The notes below the pieces were generated by a model that was not told the DNA's origin, did no database searches, and saw nothing but the letters and a program-made list of their open reading frames with translations. Below are positions 1 to 10,850 of a stretch of DNA of 64,000 nt, one piece after another (the first letter of the stretch is position 1; every line of letters begins with the position of its first letter). The DNA lies in assembly GCF_006345805.1 (NCBI RefSeq), contig NC_043014.1, positions 2,356,001 to 2,420,000 of the forward strand, in the 5' to 3' direction. The stretch is from Octopus sinensis (taxonomy: Eukaryota). The translations under genes were made by a program, and so were the position numbers.

Positions 1-385
1 ATGCTAACAAATCTGCCAGTTCGCTACCTTCATCTTAATAATAATAATAATAATAAATTCTGGTTTATTGGCCACAAGGGCTAACAAAAATCAAAACCAT
101 ATAAGGACAAATACAGGATGAAAATTACAAAGGGTTTTGTCCGATAGAAACAATAATAATAATGGATGTCTGAAAGTATAATGGTTGAGAATACTTCTTT
201 GCATTACATGTTGGCTCTTTGGAATGGCAGCAGACATCACCATACCTGATAAAATGCTTAGCAGCTGTTCACCTGTCTTTTACGATTTGAGTTCAAATTC
301 TGCTGAGGTCAACTTTGCTTTCCATTCTTTCAGGGTCCGTGAAATAAGTACTAGTCGAGCACTAGAGTCAATGTAATCAACTAAT

Positions 386-681
386 GGTACTGTTTGGTTA
401 TCTCACCCCCATTAAAAAATTAGGTTATCTCCCCATTTTATGAAACATATCGGTACTTCTGGTTATTTCCCCTAAATAAAAAAATTGTTTAACCCTCAAT
501 AAAACAAAAAGAACTGAAAAAATTAATAAAGATATACCTGTTGAAGAGGCCAAAAGTCAATATGTTGAAGTATTGAATCAAAAAGATCTAAATCTTTTAA
601 TCTAATTTCTTGTTGCCACATTCAATTTTTTAGTGGGGAGATAACACATTTTTAATGGGGGTGAGATAACCAAAAAGTACC
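386..681. mobile_element. MITE with GG-starting TIRs and ~8-bp TSD (Merlin-like), inserted into a Nin/Deu-type SINE
   Basis: TIRs ggtactgtttggttatctcaccccc / gggggtgagataaccaaaaagtacc; flanks caactaat (378-385) and caactaac (682-689); SINE sequence resumes on both sides (about 221-380 and 686-725). Confidence 0.75.
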
Positions 682-1169
682 CAACTAACTCCCTTGCCAC
701 AAATTTCGTGCCTTATGCTGATAGCAGAAACGATTATATACTTGATGAGAATTTTTGAAAATCTTATTCCAAAATTTGGTATCTAAGAGGAATGACAAGT
801 GCTGAGAAAAATCAATGCTTCCTTTTTTGCAATTTGACTGTAAAAGTTTGGTATGCAAGGGTTGGACATTTCTGCTTCGGGATACTTTCATTTGAACCGT
901 GCTAGCATTGAAATACAGGCTATAAAACGATGAGGGGGAAATGACGATCTTTTTGAGGGATCCTACTCTTTTATTTGTTTCAGTCATTTGACTGCGGCCA
1001 TGCTGGAGCATTGCCTTTTAGTCGATCAAATCGACCCTGGGACTTATTCTTTGTAAGTCCAGTACTTATTCTATCGGTCTCTTTTGCCGAACAGCTAAGT
1101 GACGGGAACGTAAACACACCAGCATCGGTTGTCAAGCAATGCTAGGACAAACACACACATATATATATA

Positions 1170-3740
1170 ACTACAGTCAACAAAAAATAATGAGGGAACT
1201 AAAATCCATATTAAACCCATACAAAGCAGGGCTAACCGACAAAGAATATGATTATATGACCAATTTCACAAGTAAAACTAGCCAATTCTACGGTATACCT
1301 AAGATCCACAAAAGTGAAAAAATAAGCAACGCATGCAAGATAGCTACAGACAAAATAATAAAGTCCCTAATCCTAATGACCTCAAATTGAGACCCATAAT
1401 AGCAGGTCCCGCATGCGAAACCCACCGCCTCAGTAACTTTTTAGACACCCTGTTAAAACCACTCCTCAAACATGTCAAAAGCTATATAAGGGACGACTTA
1501 GATATGCTCAATCACCTACCGAATACTATAAACAAAAAACACCATACTGGTATCCTTCGATGTAGTCAACCTCTACTCCAATATCCCCCACAACCTAGGA
1601 CTAGAGGCAATCCAATTCTGGCTAGAGAATCACGCCAACGAACTACCACACCGCATCAAAAAAGAATTTGTGATAGAAGGGGTTAAATTCATCCTGGAAA
1701 ATAACTTCTTCGCCTCAATGACAACTTCTACCGACAAAAATCGGGGACTGCGATGGGTACACGAATGCCCCCTCCTTTGCCAACCTATTCATAGGATACC
1801 TAGAGATCAGTCTGTATCGTAAGGTTCTAGAAAGATATGGCAGCCCTTTCTCCATCTACATAGAAAACAACTGGAAGAGATATCTAGATGACTGTTTCAT
1901 CCTTTGGCATAAAAAATATAGAAAAACTCATAGAATTCCAGAAAATTTTAAACGGACTGGACGTAAACATCCAATTCACGATGGAATATAGCCAACAACA
2001 ACTCCCCTTCCTCGATATCCTCATTAAGAAAGCTAATAATATAATAGAAACAGACATATACTATAAGCCTACAGACTCTAAGCAATATCTTCCATTCAAT
2101 TCATGCCACCCCAGACACACCAGGATGAATATCCCCTTCAATCTAGCAAAAAGGATATGCACTATAGTCTCTAAACGCAAACACCAGAGACACACGACTA
2201 CAAGAACTAAAAGATACCCTAATCACCAGGAACTATCCACCTTCACTTATGACAAATGCATTTTCACGTGCCCTTCAACTTAACATCAAGGAACTGAGAC
2301 ATCCCAAATCAAAGAAAAACATTACAACCAAAAGCCTTACCATACATCTCCACATACAACCCTCTCAATAACGAAGCCTTCGACACCATCCTCCACAACA
2401 TACCCCTCCTAAAAAAAGACCACAGAATGAACACAATCCTCCAAACACACACGATCATAAAAGCAAAAGACAGCCTAGATCCATGAAAAGTCTCTTACAC
2501 AAGCCCGAATTCACTCTTCAACACAGAGCCGACAGTAAAAAAATGTGGAAGACCCAATTGCGGGATATGCGACTATCTAATCGGGGTTCTGAGTTCTCCT
2601 TCAAACAGGGACAACGTTTTACAGTGAAAAGCAACTTCACATGTGCTTCGGAGAACCTAAATACTCACTAACCTGCTCGGGTGTCAAGCAGCAGTACATA
2701 GGCCAAACAAAAAATGGTTTGCGTAAACGAATGGCCCTGCACAGATCCCAGATAAAAATTCCCAAAACAGAAAAATAGCTTTTAGCCAACACATAGATAC
2801 TTGCGCCAACAAAAAAACACCAAACTTCAGAATTTTCCCCCTCTACCATTTAGGGACGATACAACCTCGAGACAACGAATAAGTAAAGAAAATCTCTTTA
2901 TTACAAAATACAAGCCACTTCTTAACGGTCTACGACAAACAATTAATATACCTCACCCTTAGAATAAAAGAAAAAAATATATATACACACACAAATACTA
3001 CACTCAATAGAATCCATTACTAATCAGCCCCTTCATAGCTATATTTACATTCATATTCTCCCTTCTCTGTTTTTTTTCTTCTTCTTCTTCCTCTTCTTCT
3101 TCATCATCATCGTTATCATCATCATCGGCATCATCATCATCGCCACAATCATCACCACCATCTTCTCCTTCTCCTCCTTCTTCTTCTTCTTCTTCTTCAT
3201 CATCATCGTTATCATCATCATCGTCGTCATAATCATCACCACCATCACCATCATCGTCATCTTCTCCTTCTCCTTTCTTCTTCTTCTTCTTCTTCTTCTT
3301 CTTCTTCTCCACCCCCTACCCCTTAAGTTTGTCACTAATGTTTTTTAGTATAACACCTACGCTAATTCTATAAAGAAGCCTGTCAATATAAATATTCTCC
3401 TGAATTGAACTGAGACTGCCAGCCGCCACTGACCATTCAAAATACGACCATCAGGGCACTCCAGATTCTCCCACCCCCCTTTCCTCACCAGCCTTCTCTC
3501 TACTACCCTACCAAGAGCTCACAACTACTCGAACACACAAGTGCAAACAAGGGAGTCAGAGAAAGGCAGAATGCCACTTAAATCTGAACACTACTATAGA
3601 AATTTTTTAAAAAAATTTCTTCTAATTTTCTAAATTTAATTATTTAATCGGTTACAGTTGAAAAGGTCTCAAAATGACCGAAACCGGTACTGAAATGTTC
3701 ACTATAAAATTATTTTAGCATTTTCTATTTTTACTTGTTT

Positions 3741-3744
<4 letters not shown>
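1170..3744 (+). mobile_element. Penelope-like retroelement (Neptune-type), 5'-truncated and frameshifted RT + GIY-YIG endonuclease
   Basis: Across frames: LRPIIAG, SFDVVNLYSNIP, QKSGTAMG, WKRYLDDCF (YLDD 1881-1892), LPFLDI, YYKPTD..YL.FNSCHP; Cys linker KKCGRPNCGICDYL; FTCASENL..YIGQT..LRKRM..H; ORF ends about 2962; inserted in (TA)n. Confidence 0.92.
3652..3695 (+). ncRNA. Minimal type I hammerhead ribozyme motif (U3-A8 core variant) in the Penelope 3' end
   Basis: cag-TTGAAAA-GGTC tcaaaat GACC-GAAA-CCGG-TA-ctg: stem I cag/ctg, stem II GGTC/GACC, palindromic stem III ACCGGT, GUA cleavage triplet. Confidence 0.75.
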
Positions 3745-3813
<69 letters not shown>

Positions 3814-4469
3814 TACGACAGGCTTCTTCAGTTTCCGTCTACCAAATCCACTCACAAGGCATGGTCGGCCCGGGGCTATAGCGGAAGACACTTGCCCAAG
3901 ATGCCACGCAGTGGGAATGAACCCGGAACCATGTGGTTGGTTAGCAAGCTACTTACCACACAACCACTCCTGCGCCTGGGGGTATTTATTTTGAAATTCC
4001 TCTCCACTTTGGAAGTAGGAAAAGAATTGTTGACTGGGCAAGATTTGAACTCAGAATGTCAAGAGTCATAACGAAAAGAGCTTTCTCCCATGGCTCTCCA
4101 AACTGTGCCAGCCACTTACTAACTGTAGATGTTTATCTTCGTTTCAAGTGTGTATTTGTGTGTACACAAGTCAAACAGGTGGTGGCCATAAAAGAAATGA
4201 CTGTAGAAGATGGTAGGAGGTAAAGGGGGGGGGCAAGTGCAAGAGATATGGGGGAGGATAAGGAGGAGGTAAAGGACAGCGGAATACATAATATGAGGAA
4301 GGGGAAGGCAGTGGTAAGAGATAGAAAAAGAATACAGAAATGGGAAGAGGTGAAGGGCAGCAGATACTTGAGACGGAATAAAAGAGGGAGTGGGGCAGAA
4401 GACAAAAGAGAGAGGAAGGAAGGGGGGGGGGAGAAATCAGGGTAGATATTTGAGAAGGGGGTAGGGGAG

Positions 4470-4876
4470 GAAGGACAAATTCAAGAGAATGTGAGTGAGG
4501 GAAAAAGTAAGAGGTAAAAAGAGACAGAGAGTAACAAGTGAAATGAGTGAGGGGGAAAGAAGTGGTGAGCAGCAGATACATGGGAGGAAGGAAAAATTCG
4601 AGAGAATGTGAGTGGGGGGGAAAGCAAGAGGTAAAAAAGATAAAGAGAGAGATAGTAACATGTGAAATGAGTGAGGGAGAACGAAGTGGTGAGCAGCAGA
4701 TACATGGGAGGGAGGAAGAGCAAATTCGAGAGAATGTGAGTGAGGGGAAAAGTAAGAGGTAAAAAGAGACAGATAGTAATATGTGAAATGAGTGAGGGGA
4801 AGGAAGTGGTGAGCAGCCGATACATGGGAGTGAGAACGGGAGGAAGGGCAAATTCGAGAGAATGTGAGTGAGGGAA
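4470..4876. repeat. Purine-rich minisatellite, unit about 125 bp, about 3 copies
   Basis: aaattcgagagaatgtgagtgagggg...gtgaaatgagtgagggg...gtggtgagcagcagatacatgggag recurs at about 4478, 4594, 4721 and 4850. Confidence 0.85.
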
Positions 4877-5284
4877 GAGAATAGGCGAAGGGAATATATG
4901 GGAACTTGAGTGAAGGAGAGAGATAGAATGGAGGAGTGAGTGTATGAGAAAAAAACTTAAGGGAAGGTTAAGGTTAAGTGTCAGTCTACCTGCTGGTGAT
5001 TATAGTGGACAGCAATTTCACTCAGAATGTAATTAATTGCCATACGACAAAATAGGGGGAGAAAGAGGATGAAAATAATTTTTGTTTGTGTGAAAGACAT
5101 TCTCTCAGAATAGCTTTTTTTACACTACAGAAACTATTTGTCACTCGGCCTTTAGCTATCTTTTTAGGTCTATCCGTCTTGTCTCTGTCTCTATCTACCT
5201 ATTTGTCTGTCTATCTTTCTATCTGTCAGTCAATGTCTTATCTATTTGGCTGTCTATATATCTTCCAGTCTACATACTCTCTTA

Positions 5285-5699
5285 ACTCTTTACTCTTTTA
5301 CTTGTTTCAGTCATTTGACTGCGGCCATGCTGGAGCACCGCCTTTAGCCGAGCAACTCAACCCCCGGGACTTATTCTTTTGTAAGCCCGGTACTTATTCT
5401 ATCGGTCTCTTTTGCTGAACCGCTAAGTAACGGGGACATAAACACACCAGCATCGGTTGTCAAGCAATGCTAGGGGGACAAACACAGACACACACACATA
5501 TACACACACATACATATATATATATATACATATATACGACAGGCTTCTTTCAGTTTCCGTCTACCAAATCCACTCACAAGGCATTGGTCGGCCCTGGGCT
5601 ATAGCAGAAGACACTTGCCCAAGATGCCACGCAGTGGGATTGAACCCAGAACCATGTGGTTGGTAAACAAACTATTTACCACACAGCCACTCCTGCGCC
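5285..5699 (-). mobile_element. SINE family A, full length. Other copies: 9943-10341(-), 12771-13165(+), 13175-13515(+), 13857-14231(-), 14786-15124(+), 26069-26290(-), 30943-31336(-), 31698-32070(+), 32619-32923(+), 44395-44800(+), 47626-48040(+), 63337-63856(-)
   Basis: A/B-box-like head TGGCTGTGTGG..GGTTCAGTCCC, CORE-like ccttgggcaagtg, internal (TA)n(TG)n, tail (gtaaaaga)n; many near-identical copies. Confidence 0.92.
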
Positions 5700-5755
5700 T
5701 ATCTATCTCTTTCTTTTTTATATATTTCCCTCTCTTTCCTCTATCCAAATGACTT

Positions 5756-6535
5756 GGATCTTTTCCTTTTGAACGGCAGTTTTCAACACAATTTCTAATT
5801 AACTAAACACTTTTAAACTTCGTATACTGGTAGAATGTGTTTATAAAACATAATTTTTTCTTGGCTTTATTGAGAAAATTCTATAGTTTGTAACATATTT
5901 CCACTTTAAAATCGAGCATTTCGGCAATTTTAACCAATCGCTCACCTCCATTTGGAGTGAAAAAATTCCGTGCTGTATGAATATGTCGCTCAGAAATAGA
6001 TTGAGTTTATTTACATTTGCGAAGAAAAAAGAAGATACCATTCCCCCACCCCTAGCCCTAAAACAGATTGAAATGCAATAGATCGATACTAGGGTTATAA
6101 TTATGGGTGACATTTTCATACGACACCGCTACGGAAAATGTTTTTTTTTTCTGGCGGTGTCAAATGAAAATGTCACCCATAATTATAACCCTAGTATCGA
6201 TCTATTGCATTTCAATCTGTTTTAGGGTTAGGGGTGGGGGAATGGTATCTTTTTTTTCATCACAAATGTAAATAGACCCAATCTATTTCCGAGGGACATA
6301 TTCATACAGCACGGAATTTTTTCACTCCAAATGGAGGTGAGCGATTGGTTAAAATTGCCGAAATGCTCGATTTTAAAGTGGAAATATGTTACAAACTATA
6401 GAATTTTCTCAATAAAGCCAAGAAAAAATTATGTTTTATAAACACATTCTACCAGTATACGAAGTTTAAAAGTGTTTAGTTAATTAGAAATTGTGTTGAC
6501 ATAGTTGACATATGCCGTTCAAAAGGAAAAGATCC
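5756..6535. mobile_element. Merlin-like MITE in palindromic (fold-back) form with 8-bp TSD
   Basis: TIR ggatcttttccttttgaacggca / tgccgttcaaaaggaaaagatcc; TSD aatgactt at 5748-5755 and 6536-6543; the two halves (~380 bp each) are reverse complements. Confidence 0.85.
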
Positions 6536-6754
6536 AATGACTTCATTAAAAACAATGATTACAAAGTTTTCCTTTGAGAATATTTGCAAAAAATTTTACC
6601 TTACATTTATCACATCAAAATTACATAACAATCTTTCATTTCAAGCTTCATTCTGTCATACACAAATGTGTAAACCAAGGTTATTTGAATAATGGGTCTA
6701 CGTCGATGTTGCATTTATTCTTAGATGACATTGATTTCATTTATCATATTGATT

Positions 6755-7010
6755 TCCGTCCCGGTGGCACGTAAAAAGCACCATCCGTCCGTGGCCATTT
6801 GCCAGCTCCGCCTGGCACCTGTGCGGGTGGCACGTAAAAAGCACCCACTACACTCACGGAGTGGTTGGCGTTAGGAAGGGCATCCAGCCGTAGAAACACT
6901 GCCAGATCAGACTGGGCCTGATGCAGCCTTCTGGCTTCACAGACCCCAGTTGAACCGTCCAACCCATGCTAGCATGGAAAGTGGACGCTAAATGAGGAGG
7001 AGGAGGAAGA
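6755..7010 (+). mobile_element. 3' terminal fragment of the RTE LINE (or a SINE sharing its tail). Other copies: 15207-15640(-), 19471-20040(-), 23433-24067(+), 38380-38472(+), 49178-49448(+), 56889-57125(+), 61365-61630(+), 62265-62841(+), 63540-63695(+)
   Basis: gtggcacgtaaaaagcacc...ggagtggttggcgttaggaagggcatccagc...aaccgtccaacccatgctagcatgg...(gat)n, matching the end of the LINE at 36722-38368. Confidence 0.85.
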
Positions 7011-7207
7011 TTTCATTACAATAAAAACACTGCACTCTTTGTTTCTACTTAAGAATTTTTCAATTAACATATGTCATCCGGAAAAACATGCAACCAAAAC
7101 AGAACAGTTAATAGCAAAGGAGAGAAGGACAGCTGAATCAGAGAAAATAGGGCCAAAATAATTGAAGCAAATATACGGAGATGTACATAGTGATAGACTA
7201 GCTAAGG

Positions 7208-7386
7208 CAGTGCTTTTCAAACTTTTTGCTGGAGCGGAACCTCAAGGAAACATTCCACTGGCTCGAGGAACCCCTGTGCAATAATTTAATAGTCCTATGC
7301 ACACATATCTGCACAGGAGACTTAAAAATTACTGCCGATTTTAGCAGTTTTGTAACTTCTTGCAGAACCCTGGTTGAAAACCACTG
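7208..7386. mobile_element. hAT-type MITE
   Basis: TIR cagtgcttttcaa / ttgaaaaccactg; perfect 8-bp TSD agctaagg at 7200-7207 and 7387-7394. Confidence 0.85.
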
Positions 7387-7592
7387 AGCTAAGGTATCTC
7401 AAAAAAGGAATCTTTATCTTCAATGCCATACACTGAGCTAACTTCCACAGTCTGTGAATATTCAGGTGCCAATTGATAATCATCATCAATTGGAGAGGAT
7501 ATGCAGACAAATTTCTCGTGCAAATGGCTGTGAGATATAAATGATAACAGCATTGCAAACAAACTGGAAGCTGAAAGATCAAACTGAATATG

Positions 7593-8250
7593 TACAGGAT
7601 GGTCCGAAAGTTTCGTCACCCCCTTACCGAAAAGTTAAGAACATTAGAAGAATAATCTAATATTTTCAAACGCATTTACAAGTTTTAGTATACTCACTCA
7701 TTGACACTGTCGCACATCGAGAAGGTCTATATGAACACCATCGTTTTTGAGGCACAAAATGAGGTGGCACCCTGCCCTGTGTGACATTTTATGAAGTACT
7801 TTGGTGGTTGTTGTAAAGGCTGCTGCATTATTACGAAAAACTGGAGCACAACTTGACCCCACCCCCACATGTGATGTTTTGGGCTGTTACATCGAGTAAG
7901 CACTTAACAGGACCCTGTTTCTTTGAAGGCTGTTAACCAGCACTCTTACCTTGCCATGGTAATGGAATGGTTTGTTCCACATTGCTCCAAAGGTTCAATG
8001 TGGATTTGAATGATTGTAGGTTTCAACAAGATGGTGCCCCTCCCCCCTATGCCATCAATGTCAGGGACTACCTGAATGAGGTCTTTCAGGATAGATGAAT
8101 GGGGCAAGGATCACAACAACTTTCAACACCTCTCCATTGGGCTCCCAGAAATCCAGACCTCACATCTTGTGACAACACTCTGTCGGGTATTATCAAGGAG
8201 AGAGTTTCACAAGACTAATACCAGAATACCCAACAGCTGAAGGACTCTGT
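7593..8250 (+). mobile_element. Decayed Tc1/mariner-superfamily transposase remnant
   Basis: From 8021: FQQDGAPPPYAINVRDYLNEVFQDR*MGQG...WAPRNPDLTSCD..LSGIIKERV; TIR-like tacaggatggtccgaaagt at 7593. Confidence 0.75.
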
Positions 8251-8624
8251 TTTTGTTAAAAATTCAAATTTAAATATATTTTTATCAAAATGTGGTTTTC
8301 AAGTTTCTTTTATTGATTAAGATTTCAACTACATGATTCAATCAGAATGTTATCTCTAATTCACTGTGAAACTATGTTCTGTCTTTGTTTTTCCTTTTTC
8401 TTTTACACTTCCTGACTCCGATTTCTATAGACACAGCTGTGAAACATTTCTCCAAATTAAGTTGATTCCAGTGTTCTTTCATATTTCTTTGGTGTTTTTG
8501 AAGAAGCAAGGTGGTTTTAATTTTCCCCGTGTCAATTTGATGGAGTGAATGAACTAATGTACAGCACACATTTTATCATTATAAACAAATCATTTGTGCA
8601 GGTCATTGACAGTAGAGTCCACCG

Positions 8625-9100
8625 TGATTGATTGATTGATTCTAGTTTCAGCTTATGAGCTGTGGCCATGCTGGGGCACTGCCATTTGGTGTTGCTACTT
8701 GGTTTCACTTCATGAAGGCTTTCTAGCAACTGCCATTTGGTGCATGAGAGAGTTCGATGTAGCTGCCCTCATCTGCCCCTCCTGCCGTGAAGTTGGTTCA
8801 TCTGGGACACCTGACAGGAAGAGATCCAGCTTCATTTTAAAGACATCTGCATCCACCCCATGCAGGTCTCTCAGGTTCTTCGGGAGGATATTGAAGAGCT
8901 GGGGGCCTCGGAATCTTGTCCTACATCTTGATGGCAAGTTTGGAGTCCTAGGCACCACGCAGTGGCGCCCAGTTCTGGCATTTGCGTAACTCTCGATGCC
9001 AAAGTTCAGGACACGTCCCTCCAGGATCTTCCAGATGTATATTATGGCATATCTTTCCTGCCTACGCTCCAGGGAATATAGTTTTAATCTCTTGAGTCTT
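8625..9100 (-). mobile_element. CR1/L2-group LINE 3' fragment with (aatc)n tail
   Basis: YSLERRQERYAIIYIWKILEG...RGPQLFNILPKNLRDL..FKMKLDLFLSGVPDEP. Confidence 0.8.
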
Positions 9101-9179
9101 ATATATATATATATATATTGATAAAACGGTAAGATAACAAAAGAAAGAAAGAGACCTCAATATTATGTAAGAGGAAATT

Positions 9180-9389
9180 TATCTATACAATATGTTACAT
9201 TACTTGGTAGTCAAGATAAAACTCTGAGTTTCAGATGCCGAAGTGGAAATCCACAACACCATCTCTTCGGTTATCTGGCTATTTAAATAGCCAGATAACC
9301 GAAGAGATGGTGTTGTGGATTTCCACTTCGGCATCTGAAACTCAGAGTTTTATCTTGACTACCGAGTAATGTAACATATTGTATAGATA
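9180..9389. repeat. 210-bp near-perfect palindrome in (TA)n carrying a hammerhead-like motif on each arm (probable Penelope pLTR remnant)
   Basis: Centre atttaaat 9281-9288, one mismatch seen; + arm 9293-9355 agataa-CCGAAGA-gatg..catct-GAAA-ctcagag-TT-ttatct. Confidence 0.8.
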
Positions 9390-9390
9390 T

Positions 9391-9442
<52 letters not shown>

Positions 9443-10145
9443 AATAAAACATATGCATATATACTACATATATGTACGTACCTACCTCTACATGTATATA
9501 TACATGCATATATATGGGTACAGGACACCAAAAAAAAACGTCGAACATAATGAGAAACGAAAACATAAACACAAAACCAAGGAACTGGACATTTTTCTTA
9601 AACAACGAAAAAATAGAGTACAGGACATACAAAACAAGGAAAATTCCCCTTCTTCAGTCGCCTTTGTTTCATCTACTCCACTGGTTTACAAGATTCTTTA
9701 TGTGAATTTGTGTGTTGAAGCATACTTTGTTGTGTCTGGGGAGAGTCTTTTTTAGTACCTTATTATTTAACACACTCACCAGTTCAATTTCCACTCATTT
9801 ACTTATTTATTTTCTCTAAGATTTTTATTGAATCTTGCAACCTCTTCAAAACTATTGAAGAGGTTGCAAAATACAATGAAAATCTTAAAAGAAAATAAGT
9901 AAACGTAATGTCCCCAAACACAATAATATATATATATATATATACTCTTTTACTCTTTTATTTGTTTCAGTCATTTGACTGCGGCCATGCTGGAGCACCG
10001 CCTTTAGTCAAACAAATCGACCCCGGAACTTATTCTTTGTAAGCCCAGTACTTATTCAATCGGTCTCTTTTGCCGAACCGCTAAGCGACGGGGACGTAAA
10101 CACACCAGCATCGGTTGTCAAGCAATGCTAGGGGGACAAACTCAT

Positions 10146-10178
<33 letters not shown>

Positions 10179-10850
10179 CGACAGGCTTCTTTCAGTTTCC
10201 GTCTACCAAATCCACTCACAAGGCATTGGTCGGGACGGGGCTATAGCAGAATACACTTGCCCAAGGTGTTACGCAGTGGGACTGAACCCGGAAGCATGTG
10301 GTTGGTTAGCAAGCTACTTACAACACAGCCGCTCCTGCGCCTATATATACACATACACACACACTCAATGAACTGAGGACTTATACATAGCAAAGTTATG
10401 TTGCCAATATCAATTTCTTCGTGAATTGTAACATTGTCTTTGAGTGAGTGCTATTGGATAAATACAGGATTTATAGGGAAATTAAATGTCACTTAACAGA
10501 AAAATTGCACAAAGGCAAAGGTGGGGCTGTGTGATACATACTTTGCCTCCCAACGGCATTGTTTCAAGTTCAGTCCTACTGCATAACACATGTGCCAACC
10601 AAATCCTTGTGAGTGGACTTGGTTGATGGAAACTGAAAGAAGCCTATAATTTGTTTGTGTGTGTATGTATGTGTTTGTCAGCCATTGCTTGAGAACTGGT
10701 GTAGATTTGTTTGTACAATTTTAACTTAGTGTTTTACCAGCAGCCTTTAAATAGGTACTAGGGTTGATTTGTTTCAAGTGGTCCCCTAGATTTTCCACAG
10801 TCCAGTGACTGAGACAAGAAAAGATTAAATGATAATTTAGGAAATAAAAG

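Larger units (their letters stand above)
964..3976 (-). mobile_element. tRNA-derived SINE family A (head GGCGCAGGAGTGGCTGTGTGGTAAG) split by a Penelope insertion in its central (TA)n
   Basis: 3' half at 964-1170 and 5' half at about 3745-3976 match the intact copies at 5285-5699 and 12771-13165. Confidence 0.85.

Noticed and set aside
3004-3335. Acidic/basic low-complexity ORFs
   Set aside because: Translations of (TTC)n/(ATC)n simple repeats downstream of the PLE ORF; no splice or domain support.
4171-4851. 226-aa hydrophobic ORF
   Set aside because: Reverse translation of a purine-rich minisatellite.
9630-9690. Possible hammerhead on the - strand (CTGAAGA plus a hairpin)
   Set aside because: No GAAA or stem III follows; probably a truncated pLTR piece.
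9797-9903. Degenerate palindrome containing TTGAAGA...GAAA
   Set aside because: Stem I does not pair and U3 is not compensated; too decayed to call a ribozyme.
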